Positions 9,197 to 18,960 of a stretch of 64,000 nucleotides of DNA are shown here, in pieces (position 1 is the first letter of the stretch; each line of letters starts with the position of its first letter). The notes beneath the pieces are model-generated. The model did not search any database and was not told the origin of the DNA. It saw nothing but the letters and a program-made list of their open reading frames with translations. Position numbers and translations under genes: made by a program. The stretch is from the IMG/VR virus record IMGVR_UViG_3300027909_000018. The stretch is one strand, 5' to 3'. Source of the stretch: a virus.

Positions 9197-10713
9197 TAGA
9201 GCCTGTACACTCCGAACCGACGAGGCACTAAGACGTTAGGCGCCGTGTTGACGCTAGCCGGAACCGTCGGCGTCGTTACCGGTGAGTAGCTCAAGGAAAT
9301 ATTCGTTATCTCGGGATGCTGAGACTTGAACTCGAGCAGCGTCGCGTTGTTGATGTCGGCCGGGTCCTCGTCCGTAACGAACGGGTGGCGCTTGGCTCGG
9401 GGCAACCGGTACACATCGGTCGTGTTCTCGCCGGGCCCGAGCTTCCGAAACACGTTGACCCACGACGTTCCGTACTTGCCGAGGTTCAGGGCCGCGGGAG
9501 AGATGTAGTCGCCCGCCTGGGGCACGCCGCCGTTCTTACCCACTAGCGGCCGTTCGAGTGTCAGCGACCAAGCCCCCGTGCCGCCCGAGACGGCGGTCAC
9601 GAGAGCCGTGTAGAACTTGCGGTCTACCGAGCTCCACCAGGCGATATGGGTCTGTCCAGCGATCGGAGACGTCGCCGTCACGGCGTCGACCACAACCAGG
9701 GGCGTCGCGGCCGTGTAGGACGTGACCGCAACCTGCCCGCTGTCTCCGCCCTCGAGTGGCGGCCACGGCGTTACGTCGGTCCAGCCAAGACCGTTGCCGC
9801 CGTTCTGGGACGACTCGGGGATCGTAACCTTGACCGTGAAGTCGGCCGACTCGTTCGCGACCGCCTGGACCACGTTCTCTAGCGGTATGCCGAGCTCGCC
9901 GTGGATGATGCCGCGGACCGTGTTGAGCATCGCGCTGGTACAAGCGCGGCTGAAATCGTTGTTGTCCGGATCGAAGTCTTTGATCGGTACCGACTTGCTC
10001 GAGCCGGGCCCGCCGAGTGCCGGGTACTCGTAGATATCTTGGATGCTACCGAGCCCGTCGAGAACCTCTTTGCGAACGTGTGACCAGTTGCCGCCCGCCG
10101 GCTTGTTCCGGCGTGTGTTCAGAATCCGGTCGCGCTTCCGGTCGTCCGTCTCGGCGTCCGTGCCGCCCGTGAGAGGCGCGCCGTGCGAGACGATTGCCGA
10201 CTTGGCTACGTTGGTCGGCTCGGAAACGAACTGTACCTCGGTACCTCCCGCCGCGTTCGTCGCCGTACCCGTGTCGACCGCAACAACGTCGAGCTCGTCG
10301 CCGTCGGTTGGGTTGACGTAGGTTCCGACAACCTTGATGCGGAGCCCGTTCGGTAGCTGTATCTCCGAGTCGTTGAGAATCGTCGTCGACCCTAGAATGG
10401 TCGGGCGAATCTTGCCGCTTGAGCCGGACGGCGTTACCTCGGGTAGCCCCTCCGCCTCGCGGATCTGGTCTAACGCGGCGCCGGTGGCGTTGAGTACGTT
10501 GGAGTCGTCGTCCGCGATAGACGTGTTGGCAAGGCCAATGAGGGCAATATTTGCAACCGCGGTTCCGAGCAGAAACCAGTCGGAGCCAGGCTGAGTCGGT
10601 GGCTCGTCGGTAATACCGGTGTCAATGGCTGCCAAACGAACATCACGCAAAAACTGATCGCGTAACTCATCCGCGTTCTTCGGTATGAAGATTTTTTCGC
10701 TAGTCGAAGCCAT
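9196..10713 (-). CDS. Baseplate J-like wedge protein
   Basis: GAALDQIREAEGL, VAVDTGTATN, GGTDAETDDRKRDRIL motifs. Confidence 0.85.
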   Translation of the reverse strand: MASTSEKIFIPKNADELRDQFLRDVRLAAIDTGITDEPPTQPGSDWFLLGTAVANIALIGLANTSIADDDSNVLNATGAALDQIREAEGLPEVTPSGSSGKIRPTILGSTTILNDSEIQLPNGLRIKVVGTYVNPTDGDELDVVAVDTGTATNAAGGTEVQFVSEPTNVAKSAIVSHGAPLTGGTDAETDDRKRDRILNTRRNKPAGGNWSHVRKEVLDGLGSIQDIYEYPALGGPGSSKSVPIKDFDPDNNDFSRACTSAMLNTVRGIIHGELGIPLENVVQAVANESADFTVKVTIPESSQNGGNGLGWTDVTPWPPLEGGDSGQVAVTSYTAATPLVVVDAVTATSPIAGQTHIAWWSSVDRKFYTALVTAVSGGTGAWSLTLERPLVGKNGGVPQAGDYISPAALNLGKYGTSWVNVFRKLGPGENTTDVYRLPRAKRHPFVTDEDPADINNATLLEFKSQHPEITNISLSYSPVTTPTVPASVNTAPNVLVPRRFGVYRL

Positions 10714-11156
10714 CAGACTGTTACCGGCGGTTCCTCTTCGTCCGTCTCGAGGTTGCGATACGAAACGGTGATTAGTGACCGTCCGCCGCTACCCTTGACA
10801 ACGTCGATCCGCTGAATCTCAATCAACTGCTCGACCTCGGTGAGTTGTCGCAGCGCAGCCGTCACCGCTACGCGACACTGCGCCTCAAACCGGTCGCCCA
10901 TCTTGCGCGGCAGGCGGATACCAAACGTCGGTAGAACCGAAGAGCTACCGACGAGAGTGATCAGCGCCAGCAACACACGCTGCCGAACCGGCGGCATCTG
11001 GGCGAGCTGCTTGGTCGTCGAGTCGACCTCGAAGTCGCGCGTTGCTGGGTTGATCCAGCGCGAGCCGGCGGGGCCGTTGGGCGGCGCCTCGCCCGAGACG
11101 GGGGCGCCGAGGCCGAAAGCGCCCGTACCGACGCCGATGGAGCCGAAACCGGCCAC
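10713..11156 (-). CDS. Baseplate wedge gp25/W/Mu gp46-like protein
   Basis: RQRVLLALIT..GS...PTFG...ALRQL...IEI pattern; precedes baseplate J. Confidence 0.65.
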   Translation of the reverse strand: MAGFGSIGVGTGAFGLGAPVSGEAPPNGPAGSRWINPATRDFEVDSTTKQLAQMPPVRQRVLLALITLVGSSSVLPTFGIRLPRKMGDRFEAQCRVAVTAALRQLTEVEQLIEIQRIDVVKGSGGRSLITVSYRNLETDEEEPPVTV

Positions 11157-11172
11157 GGGTCAGGCTGAACGC

Positions 11173-11379
11173 ATGATCACTAGACCCGCGACTTTTCCGG
11201 CCGTAAGTTCCGAGATCATGACTAAGGGTGTGTGGAAGTTTTGGTCGATAACCGCAACGGTTGTGCTGGTTCTGGAAACGCTGCTATTCGCCGCCGTGGT
11301 CCATGACGTACGGGAACAGCGGGAGAGCCGCGAAAAGCTGCTCGAAAGCTGCCGCACGCTGCTTACAAGCAGTCGCTAG
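11173..11379 (+). CDS. Small single-pass membrane protein antisense to tail operon
   Basis: MTKGVWKFWSITATVVLVLETLLFAAVV then charged helical tail; sits in a gap of the minus-strand operon; alternative start 11218. Confidence 0.4.
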   Translation: MITRPATFPAVSSEIMTKGVWKFWSITATVVLVLETLLFAAVVHDVREQRESREKLLESCRTLLTSSR

Positions 11380-11576
11380 CTAGCCTTCGGATCCGTCCGA
11401 GTCCGCACGTACTCGCCGAGGTCGTCGATCGACCAGCTAATCTCGCGTACGCGGTTTGCTAGAATCTTATCGTGAGGCTCGAGCTCGTCGGCGACGTCCT
11501 CGACTACCTCCGCCCATTGCGTCAGGACTTGCGGCGTCGCGTCTTGAATCAACGTCTTGAACTCTTCTCGTGTCAT
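11376..11576 (-). CDS. Hypothetical helical protein (66 aa)
   Basis: AGGT RBS, ATG, protein-like composition. Confidence 0.65.
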   Translation of the reverse strand: MTREEFKTLIQDATPQVLTQWAEVVEDVADELEPHDKILANRVREISWSIDDLGEYVRTRTDPKAS

Positions 11577-11585
11577 TTGGTTACC

Positions 11586-11885
11586 TCACTCGAACGGGCA
11601 CGGGATTTCGAAGCTAGGAATCTTCGGAAGGCTCGGAAGCGTCAGGCTCGGTATCGGAATCGACAGCCGCGGCAGCTTCGGTAGCTTTAGGTCGAGGTCG
11701 AGAGAGAACGTCGGGAGCTTGGGTAGAGACGGTAGCGTTAGACTGGGGATCGGAATCGATAGAGTCGGCAGCTTCGGAAGCTTGAGCTCGAGGTCCAACG
11801 AGAACGTCGGGAGCTTCGGAAGCGCGGGGAGTGTCAGCGACGGGATCGGGATCGATAGCGTCGGGAGGCGGAACGAGCAGCTCAC
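11586..11885 (-). CDS. Pro/Leu-rich repeat protein (99 aa, three 32-aa units)
   Basis: GTG at 11885 overlaps spike stop; units LPKLPTLSIPIPSLTLPSLPKLPTFSLDLDLK; terminal Cys. Confidence 0.7.
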   Translation of the reverse strand: MSCSFRLPTLSIPIPSLTLPALPKLPTFSLDLELKLPKLPTLSIPIPSLTLPSLPKLPTFSLDLDLKLPKLPRLSIPIPSLTLPSLPKIPSFEIPCPFE

Positions 11886-12520
11886 GAGCCCATGAACGCG
11901 CCGGGCACCGGCACCGGAACCGTCGGCGCCGCCGGGTTGACGGCGGCAAGCGGGAATAGCGGGGTTATGCCGCCAACAACAACGGTACCAATCAGGTTGA
12001 TAACCCCATTGCGAACCATGATGCTTCCGCGACCGCTTGCATCCGTCAGAGTGAACCCACCGTCCGCAATCTCGAACATGCACCCGTTGACCGCGATCTG
12101 AAGTTTCTCCGCGGCCCCGTCGAGGACGATAGCCTGTGTCTCGTCGCGCTTGTTTTTGGTAGCAAGCACAACCTGTCGCTTGCTCTCCTTGCACATCACA
12201 AGCGCCGATTGACTCGGACCCGTGCTGTGTAGGACGGTGTCGCCCGGCTTGAGTGTGCCGGCGAGCTTTGCTACTCGCGTGTCGCGGCCGCCCAGCGCTA
12301 CGGCCGGCAACCCGCCAACGCCCTCTTCAACCAAGCCCTCCGCGTGACCCTTTTCGTCGGCCGCGGCCGGGTTTGCCATGACGCCTAGGCACTGGATGGC
12401 GTCTATCTCTCCGAGTGAGTCGACGTCGTTAACTCCGTCCGTAATCGGAGAGACCGCTTGCCACAGCGGAGCCCCGGTCTCTTTCGAAACCGTAGACGCG
12501 CCAAGCTTTACTAGCCTCAC
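11882..12520 (-). CDS. Baseplate central spike (Mu gp45/gpV-like)
   Basis: LKPGDTVLHST motif and beta-strand repeats; follows hub. Confidence 0.7.
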   Translation of the reverse strand: MRLVKLGASTVSKETGAPLWQAVSPITDGVNDVDSLGEIDAIQCLGVMANPAAADEKGHAEGLVEEGVGGLPAVALGGRDTRVAKLAGTLKPGDTVLHSTGPSQSALVMCKESKRQVVLATKNKRDETQAIVLDGAAEKLQIAVNGCMFEIADGGFTLTDASGRGSIMVRNGVINLIGTVVVGGITPLFPLAAVNPAAPTVPVPVPGAFMGS

Positions 12521-13839
12521 TCTTCACTCCCAATCTGAAAACTACCGGGCCGCCAGGCGACAATCTCGGTCGTCGCGCCGTCCTGTGGGCTGAACCGCAG
12601 CGTGCGTTCCGCAATCCACAGCGGCTCTTGAACGTTACAGATTGCGTCGGAGACGTTGACGATCGTGTCCACCGACCAGATTGCGCCGCTTGCCGGGTCA
12701 ACGTGACCTTTCAGCGTCGCCCTATACTCAAGCGTGTCCTTGAGTCGTTCGGCGATAGCTCGAGCCGCACCCTGAAAGAGTTGCTCTTCGTCCTTGGCGT
12801 CGGCGTCCCGGTGGAACAGCAACCGGTAGAGCTTTCCGACGTCGAAGCTAGACCCGCCCGAGGCCGGAGGCTTGCGCCGTCCACGATGTATCGACGACTC
12901 GAGAATCGCGGCTATCTCTGGCGCCTGAGTCTTTGCAAAGTCGACCCCGTCAAGCGTCTTGTTCAGGCTCTTGTCGCCGGAGCCTACGCCGGAGGAATTG
13001 ATTATGAGGGCGCTCGGCCGAAAGTTACCAAGCCCGAACCCGGTTACCATCTGCAACGTGTCAACCGTCGTCGTGACGACCGGCGCCGTGACACCGGCTT
13101 TCGCCTGGTGCCCCGACAGCATCGTGAACGTCGGGAACCGTGAGTAGTCCCGCGCGCACGTGGCTGAGATAACGTTGTTGGATTGGCCGACCGTCGGGTC
13201 GTCGTAACGCGAGATTGTGTAAAGCGGATCCTGATCGAAGTTCGGTTGCGCCAGCGTCACCGCACGGCGCCGGTCCGACGGCTGGATCGTGCAGCCCTGC
13301 CGCGCCGCTATCTTGTTGCAGAACTCGTAGATGCCCTGACCCGGCTCGGGCTTGATGTCCGCTTGCGAAAGCTTGCGGCGTTTGCGTTTCTTCTTCTTGG
13401 CGCCGACCGTCTTGCCGGACCGGACGTTGCGCAACCCGACGTCCGCGTCGTCTACGACCTCGTAGATACCGACCGGACCCATGGCGAGCAGGAACGCATC
13501 GAACAAGTTCATGCCGGCGGTAATCTTCAGAGCCGGGTCGACGTTGCACTCGACAATGTCGGCGATGTAGTCGCGGCCGCTAAACGTGTAGGCGCTACCG
13601 TTGTCGCCAACCCGAGAGACGTCGATGCGTCCGATAAGCTGCGACGCCTCGTGTATGAGTAGCTCGACCGGCTGGCACTCGAGGTTCTGGAGCTTCGACC
13701 GGTCCGGGTCGAACGCTGAAAACTCGAACCCGTCCGTCGACGTGAGGTAGTTCGAGCTTATCGAGTAGCCGGTGACCCTTTCGATTGTCCTTTTCAGCGC
13801 CGGCAGCTTGACGACGAGATGCGAATCACTTGCGGACAA
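12517..13839 (-). CDS. Baseplate hub (Mu gp44/gpD-like)
   Basis: ERVTGYSISSNYLTSTDGFEF, FSGRDYIADIVEC, GAIWSVDTIVNVSD. Confidence 0.8.
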   Translation of the reverse strand: MSASDSHLVVKLPALKRTIERVTGYSISSNYLTSTDGFEFSAFDPDRSKLQNLECQPVELLIHEASQLIGRIDVSRVGDNGSAYTFSGRDYIADIVECNVDPALKITAGMNLFDAFLLAMGPVGIYEVVDDADVGLRNVRSGKTVGAKKKKRKRRKLSQADIKPEPGQGIYEFCNKIAARQGCTIQPSDRRRAVTLAQPNFDQDPLYTISRYDDPTVGQSNNVISATCARDYSRFPTFTMLSGHQAKAGVTAPVVTTTVDTLQMVTGFGLGNFRPSALIINSSGVGSGDKSLNKTLDGVDFAKTQAPEIAAILESSIHRGRRKPPASGGSSFDVGKLYRLLFHRDADAKDEEQLFQGAARAIAERLKDTLEYRATLKGHVDPASGAIWSVDTIVNVSDAICNVQEPLWIAERTLRFSPQDGATTEIVAWRPGSFQIGSEE

Positions 13840-14716
13840 TACGGATCACGGTTCCGGGTAGAATGAGTGGGGACGTGGCTAGCGACGGGTTGAGTTTGAG
13901 TAGCTCTTGCACCGTCATGCCGTCTTTGGCGGCCTCGGCGGTAACCGTGGTTTGAAACCTTCGGATAACCGTTATGATCCGTTCGGCCGGGTTCTCGCCG
14001 CGTTTCTTTAGGCGGATCGCGTCTTCTCTGACCCGCCTAGCCGACCGCCTGACCTGCCAGTTCTGCGGGTTCTCGAGCTTGTCGGCTTGCTTTTCGATCT
14101 TCTCGGCTCGGAACGCGACGTCGTCGAGTCCGGCCGCAACCTTGTTTTGCTGCCGATCGATCTGTGCGCCGACCCCGGCAATCGCCGATAGCACGTCGGT
14201 CTCGGCGTTCTCGGCTATGAATTGCTCAAAACCGGGCGCCGCCTTGAGGTCCTCGTCGAGCTGCCCCGCTTCGGTCTTGATACCGCTAAGCGAGACAACC
14301 TCGGGCTCTAGCTCTTCCTCGTCGAACTCGGGGGCGTGCTCAAATTCAACCCGGATATCGGTACCGTCGCGCCTGTTTACGTCGGACTCGTCGTTGTACG
14401 TTTGCGGTACGCAGGTAAGCTCGCCGTAGATTGGGTCTAGCAGCTTACCTGGTTCTCGGTTTCGGCAGTCGCGAAAGAGGACCGGCAATCCCTCGGTAAA
14501 GAGGTTCTTGTACGGACCCTTTGCGATGTCCTGACGCATCGGAAACGTGTAGGACAGGACGAGGTTCTCGGCGCCGGTCGGCTCAACAAAGCGACCATTA
14601 CGATACTGGATCGGGTGCTTCGCCGCGGCATGCGCAAACGATACCGACCTAGACGAAATGGGGTACTGCCGCCCGCGCCATTCGAAGCGCGCGAGAGCTC
14701 GAAGGACATCGGTCAA
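13826..14716 (-). CDS. Mu gp43-like DNA circularisation/tube initiator protein with C-terminal LysM
   Basis: FEWRG.QYP...VSFAH...H and LLDPIYG motifs; LysM-like TVQELLKLNPSL...ILPGTVIRI. Confidence 0.75.
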   Translation of the reverse strand: MTDVLRALARFEWRGRQYPISSRSVSFAHAAAKHPIQYRNGRFVEPTGAENLVLSYTFPMRQDIAKGPYKNLFTEGLPVLFRDCRNREPGKLLDPIYGELTCVPQTYNDESDVNRRDGTDIRVEFEHAPEFDEEELEPEVVSLSGIKTEAGQLDEDLKAAPGFEQFIAENAETDVLSAIAGVGAQIDRQQNKVAAGLDDVAFRAEKIEKQADKLENPQNWQVRRSARRVREDAIRLKKRGENPAERIITVIRRFQTTVTAEAAKDGMTVQELLKLNPSLATSPLILPGTVIRIVRK

Positions 14717-15864
14717 AGTGGAGATTCCTCGAAACCAACGCCCAGGGCCTTAGCCACGCCATCGTTCTCGGTCGGTACCGACGGACTCAGCGTTGCCAAC
14801 GCTTGGAAGATTCGGACGTGAAGCTGTAGCAACAGCGGCAACGACCCGAATGCGGTTAGCGCGTTCGTGTTGTCGGCTGCGGTGTGGTAGTCCGTGTCAA
14901 TCCGGTGCGCCTCGTGTGCGCGCCAGATGTCTCCGAGTGCGGCGTAGGCTTCGCCCGGCGTCCCGACCGACTGGACTAGCGCGGCGTTCTCGAGGTCGGC
15001 CTTGTTCAGTCCGCTACCCGGGTTCTCGTGGTAGTCGCCCGAGCCCACTCCGGAAACCGTCCCGCCCTCGACCGCGTCGTTCGTGCGGTGCTGCCGCATG
15101 AGCTTTAGCAACAGGTTTACGCCGGCAACCAAGTCGGCCCCGGAGGCGGCCGTGTTCCACGCAATTGCCATGTCGTTATCGCCGTCGTTGTTGGCGTGGA
15201 CTCCGGCTTGCGTGAGGTGCGCGTTGATAGGCGCGCGGAACTCGGAAAAGAGTAGTTGCGGGTTGGCGCTAATAACCGTATCCCAGGGTTGCCCGGCCGC
15301 CGTTGACGCAAGCGCGTCCACCGCGGTCCGCACCGCCGCCGTCTCGGCGAGTGTCCGCATGCGGTCCGAGGTTGGGTCTTTGATTACCGGAGACTCCTCC
15401 CCGTGCGTCGCAAGCGTTGTCGGTCTTACGAAACCGAAGTTAGACCATACAACAAGCGTCGCCCGGTCCGGTCCCGTACCAAGCGGAAACGTGAGCCGCT
15501 TCATTACCTGAAGCGTTACCGTCGACTCGTCGCCGTTCTTGGTCTCGGTTGGGTAAGATGCCGGCGCGCCCTCGTAGCCGCCACCGTAAGCCGCTGCACC
15601 CTTTATATACTCTTGGTTTACAAATGTGTAGGCGCCACCGAGGTCGAGCTGTGTCAACCACGGGTTGTTGTCGCCGCCGTCTCCGGCGTGAACCTCGACC
15701 CGGTTCTGTGTGCTGTCGTCGATCTTTTTGCGGAGCTCGCTACCGGGCGGCGCATTGGTGCACCAGACGCGCACGAAGTTACTACCCGCGCCAAGCAGCG
15801 TGAACACCACGCGCAAATCACGGTTCGGTACCGGTAGCGTCGGGAGGGTGGAGAGGGTGGCCAC
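14713..15864 (-). CDS. Uncharacterised virion protein (383 aa)
   Basis: Long ORF coupled between tape measure and circularisation genes. Confidence 0.6.
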   Translation of the reverse strand: MATLSTLPTLPVPNRDLRVVFTLLGAGSNFVRVWCTNAPPGSELRKKIDDSTQNRVEVHAGDGGDNNPWLTQLDLGGAYTFVNQEYIKGAAAYGGGYEGAPASYPTETKNGDESTVTLQVMKRLTFPLGTGPDRATLVVWSNFGFVRPTTLATHGEESPVIKDPTSDRMRTLAETAAVRTAVDALASTAAGQPWDTVISANPQLLFSEFRAPINAHLTQAGVHANNDGDNDMAIAWNTAASGADLVAGVNLLLKLMRQHRTNDAVEGGTVSGVGSGDYHENPGSGLNKADLENAALVQSVGTPGEAYAALGDIWRAHEAHRIDTDYHTAADNTNALTAFGSLPLLLQLHVRIFQALATLSPSVPTENDGVAKALGVGFEESPL

Positions 15865-15867
15865 GGG

Positions 15868-18006
15868 TTAGCCCTTGATGGGGCTCGGCGCGTTGCCGCG
15901 GTTGGGGGCGGCTAGTCCCAGCTTTACAGCGGCGTCCGAGAGCTGTTTCGCTGCCGACTCCTGAGATACTCCGGCTTTAGCAAGCTGCTCGCCAAACTTT
16001 TCCAGTGCCTCCAGTTTCGCAAGCCTGGACTCGAGCCGCCTAGCAAACTCTTCTTGGGTCGCTATAGCCGACGTGTCTCTAGCGGTCGTGAACTCCGCGG
16101 CCTCTCTGCCGAACACGCCTTCAACGAGTCCGGGCTTGCTAACCGTCTCTACCGCTCTTCTCTGCTCAACCAGCGCAGCCCTAACCTCATCCTTGTCCAT
16201 CGACTGCTCGGCGCGCAAAACCCTATGTCCAGCCGCCGTGGTTTCGGCCTCGTTCTTCTCGAAGTTGACGATACCAGCGGTGAGGATGACGGTTGCCGCC
16301 GTCAAACCAATTTGAGCACCGAGACCGGCCGCTCCGCCCATTCCGCCACCCACACCGCCACCGACGCCGCCAACCTTAGCAAACAACGCCGTCATACCCT
16401 TGGTGATGACGGAACTTATATTCGCCATCGCAATATCGGCCGCCAGCTTGAGAGCAATCAACTTGCCAATCCCGGCAACCGGGTTGTCGATAAAGCCCTG
16501 GACGAACTTAGCGAATAGGACCGCGGCTCTCTCGACGTACGGGAGCAGCTTGGCAAACTCGGGGATGAGACGGGTCAGTGTCGGGAGCAGGCTCGTCCCA
16601 AGGATGGTGTTGAATTGCTTCAACGCCTCTTTGAACTGGATATCGGCATCGTCCAGCCGACTGGCGACCCGCGCCTGAACATCCGCTGGGTTGAGTTTGG
16701 CACCGGCAAACCGGTTGAACTCGGCCATCGCCGCGGCTCGACCGCTGCCCTTTTGCTTTTTCTCCGCCTCTCCGAACACGGCGCCTACGCCGCGAAACAC
16801 CTTGTCGGCACGCTCCCCAAACAGAGGTGCCGTCTTGAGCACGTCGCCGCCCGTCTTCTCGAGGGCGTCGAGCATGATCTCGACCGGGTTACGTAGCTTG
16901 GTCGGGTCGGTCGACGACTTGATGTTGACGCCGAGTCCGGCGAAGTCTTTGCGGTGCTCGGCGATGTCGCCCGACATGCGCATAACGGCCGTTGCCGCTT
17001 CCGCCGCGTCGGGGGCGCCGCCTCGCTTGACCGCCATCTGACCGAGTGCGCCGGCCATGCGGAGGAGCTCCGGCGCGCCGCCCTCGAAGGCTCGGGTTGC
17101 GGCTCCGAGCTTTCCGAACTCCTGGGCTAGGTCTTTGATCTCAACCGCACCCATGGCGCCCTGCTGAGCCAAGACGCCCATGATCTCGTTCATCTGGTTC
17201 ATGAGCTCGACCGGATCCTTGATTTGATCCGAGAGCACGTTGAACACGTGGCCGGCCGTGTTGCCGAGGTCGTCGAGGTTGGCACCGGTAGCTAGCGACA
17301 GGTCCGCTAGCGGCTGAATCATCTTCCGCGCCATGTCGAGGTCGCCCGTCTTGGCGACGAAACCCGACATGGCGTTGAGTGCCTCCTCTCCCGTGAACCC
17401 GCGGACCCCGCGAGACTCGGCGAGAAGTTGCCCCTTCATGCCCGGCCGTCCCGCCTGGTTGGCGAGCTGGCTGGCGAGGGCTTGTTCCCGGGACTGAGTC
17501 TGCAGCGCACCCGCGACAGCGAAGCCGCCGGCCAAAGACAGAGCCCCACCGGCGAGCATTCCGGCCCCGCGAATTGTGTCTCCGGCGCTACGACCAATGC
17601 GGCCACTCGTGGCCACGGCAAAGCGCGCTCGGGCTCTCGCCTCGGACTTTGCGGCCCTTAGCGACGCTTGGTGTCTCTGCCGTTCCGCCGCTTGAGCCGC
17701 CCGGGCAATTTCTCCCCAACCCCTGAGATACGCCGCCTCCTCGCGGCGCTGGTGCGCCATGCGGTCGCGGTGAACCTTGAGGTCGGCCGCCCTAGCGGCA
17801 CGGCCAATCTGCTCGTATTGGCGGCCAATGTTCCGATCGATTGTCGCCTTGGCTACACCCGGGGTCCGCTTGGAGGTTGTCGGACTGGTCCCAAGCTGCC
17901 TAGACAGGCGCTGATTATGTGTAACGATTCTCCGTTCAACGCCGGATAGCGCCTTGTCGACAACGTTGGCGCCAACTACACGGAAATCATATTCAAGAAT
18001 CGCCAC
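15868..18006 (-). CDS. Tape measure protein
   Basis: 712 aa, Ala/Gly-rich helical, follows chaperone, TMP-core-like LADLSLATGANLDDL. Confidence 0.85.
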   Translation of the reverse strand: MAILEYDFRVVGANVVDKALSGVERRIVTHNQRLSRQLGTSPTTSKRTPGVAKATIDRNIGRQYEQIGRAARAADLKVHRDRMAHQRREEAAYLRGWGEIARAAQAAERQRHQASLRAAKSEARARARFAVATSGRIGRSAGDTIRGAGMLAGGALSLAGGFAVAGALQTQSREQALASQLANQAGRPGMKGQLLAESRGVRGFTGEEALNAMSGFVAKTGDLDMARKMIQPLADLSLATGANLDDLGNTAGHVFNVLSDQIKDPVELMNQMNEIMGVLAQQGAMGAVEIKDLAQEFGKLGAATRAFEGGAPELLRMAGALGQMAVKRGGAPDAAEAATAVMRMSGDIAEHRKDFAGLGVNIKSSTDPTKLRNPVEIMLDALEKTGGDVLKTAPLFGERADKVFRGVGAVFGEAEKKQKGSGRAAAMAEFNRFAGAKLNPADVQARVASRLDDADIQFKEALKQFNTILGTSLLPTLTRLIPEFAKLLPYVERAAVLFAKFVQGFIDNPVAGIGKLIALKLAADIAMANISSVITKGMTALFAKVGGVGGGVGGGMGGAAGLGAQIGLTAATVILTAGIVNFEKNEAETTAAGHRVLRAEQSMDKDEVRAALVEQRRAVETVSKPGLVEGVFGREAAEFTTARDTSAIATQEEFARRLESRLAKLEALEKFGEQLAKAGVSQESAAKQLSDAAVKLGLAAPNRGNAPSPIKG

Positions 18007-18010
18007 TTAG

Positions 18011-18811
18011 TTACTTACGCTCTCGCGCCAACGCCATCGCATCTTCAGCCGACAGCGTCTCTCCGGGCATCAGGTCGATCATGTCGTCGAAGTTCTCAGA
18101 GCTTCCCGAAGAGGGTTCCGCGGTGGTACTCGCGGCAGGCGAGCCATAAAAGTCGGTGTCCAAAGAGTAGTCCTTGAGGTCGGACTTCAAAGAATCGGGC
18201 AAGGTCGACCACAGGGACGCCAGGGTGCGGGATAGCAAATAGGTCCTTGCCCCCAACGACGACGCTAACTCCGCCAATGCTGGCAAGGTGAAGAGATGTA
18301 AAGGGCTTACGGAAGCGGCTCCCTCCCCGAGCCGCTTGATCCAGGCGTTCAGCTCTTCCGGCGTCGAGATCAAGTGCTCGAGTGGACCGTACTTGTGCTG
18401 AATAATCATGTACGCATTGAACAGCGCCGCAACCTCGTCGGCCGGGAGCTTCTCAACGTCGTCCGCGTTGCGAAACACGCGCCCCGACAGCGCGCCGTCT
18501 TCGCCCTCCGTCATGCACGCCATGGCTAAGATTTCCTTAGCCGCGGCGTCCCCAAGAACCTCTTTGATGAGCTCGGCGCTCATGTCCTCGGTGGCGATAC
18601 CGAGGCGCTTGACGCGCTTGTGTGCCTCGACCCGCGCCCGGTCGTGGTCGAGCATCGACAGGACGCGAATCCGGATTCTGCCTACCGGATTTCCTTCCTT
18701 GTCGCGGCGCGGGAGGTCAACAATCTCCGACGGAGCCGGAGACTCCATCAACTTTAGAAACAGCTCGCTAGCAGGGACGTCCTTGGGCGGGAGATACGGT
18801 TGTTTCTGCAC
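18011..18811 (-). CDS. Tail assembly chaperone (single ORF)
   Basis: Between tube and TMP; likely start GTG 18811 after AAGGGTGAG. Confidence 0.7.
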   Translation of the reverse strand: MQKQPYLPPKDVPASELFLKLMESPAPSEIVDLPRRDKEGNPVGRIRIRVLSMLDHDRARVEAHKRVKRLGIATEDMSAELIKEVLGDAAAKEILAMACMTEGEDGALSGRVFRNADDVEKLPADEVAALFNAYMIIQHKYGPLEHLISTPEELNAWIKRLGEGAASVSPLHLFTLPALAELASSLGARTYLLSRTLASLWSTLPDSLKSDLKDYSLDTDFYGSPAASTTAEPSSGSSENFDDMIDLMPGETLSAEDAMALARERK

Positions 18812-18824
18812 TTGCTCACCCTTC

Positions 18825-18875
18825 AAAAAGCAAAACCCCCGTCACGGCTCGGGGTGAGTCGAGCGCGCACGGGGG
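18825..18875 (-). terminator. Intrinsic terminator after tail tube
   Basis: Minus strand CCCCCGTGCGCGCTC-loop-GAGCCGTGACGGGGG followed by TTTTGCTTTTT. Confidence 0.7.
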
Positions 18876-18960
18876 CCTGCAAGTCTAGCGGTGCGCCTCT
18901 ACTGCCGTTGGCGACTCACCCGTCGCGCGGCGACCGCCGTTAAGTTGTTTTCGTTTTAGG

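Noticed and set aside
18011-18826. Programmed frameshift in the tail chaperone
   Set aside because: A single ORF spans tube to tape measure; no second frame is needed.
18880-18910. AGTAGAGGCGC resembling the start of a lysine riboswitch
   Set aside because: The intergenic region is too short and I could not find the other conserved helices; context is a tail operon.
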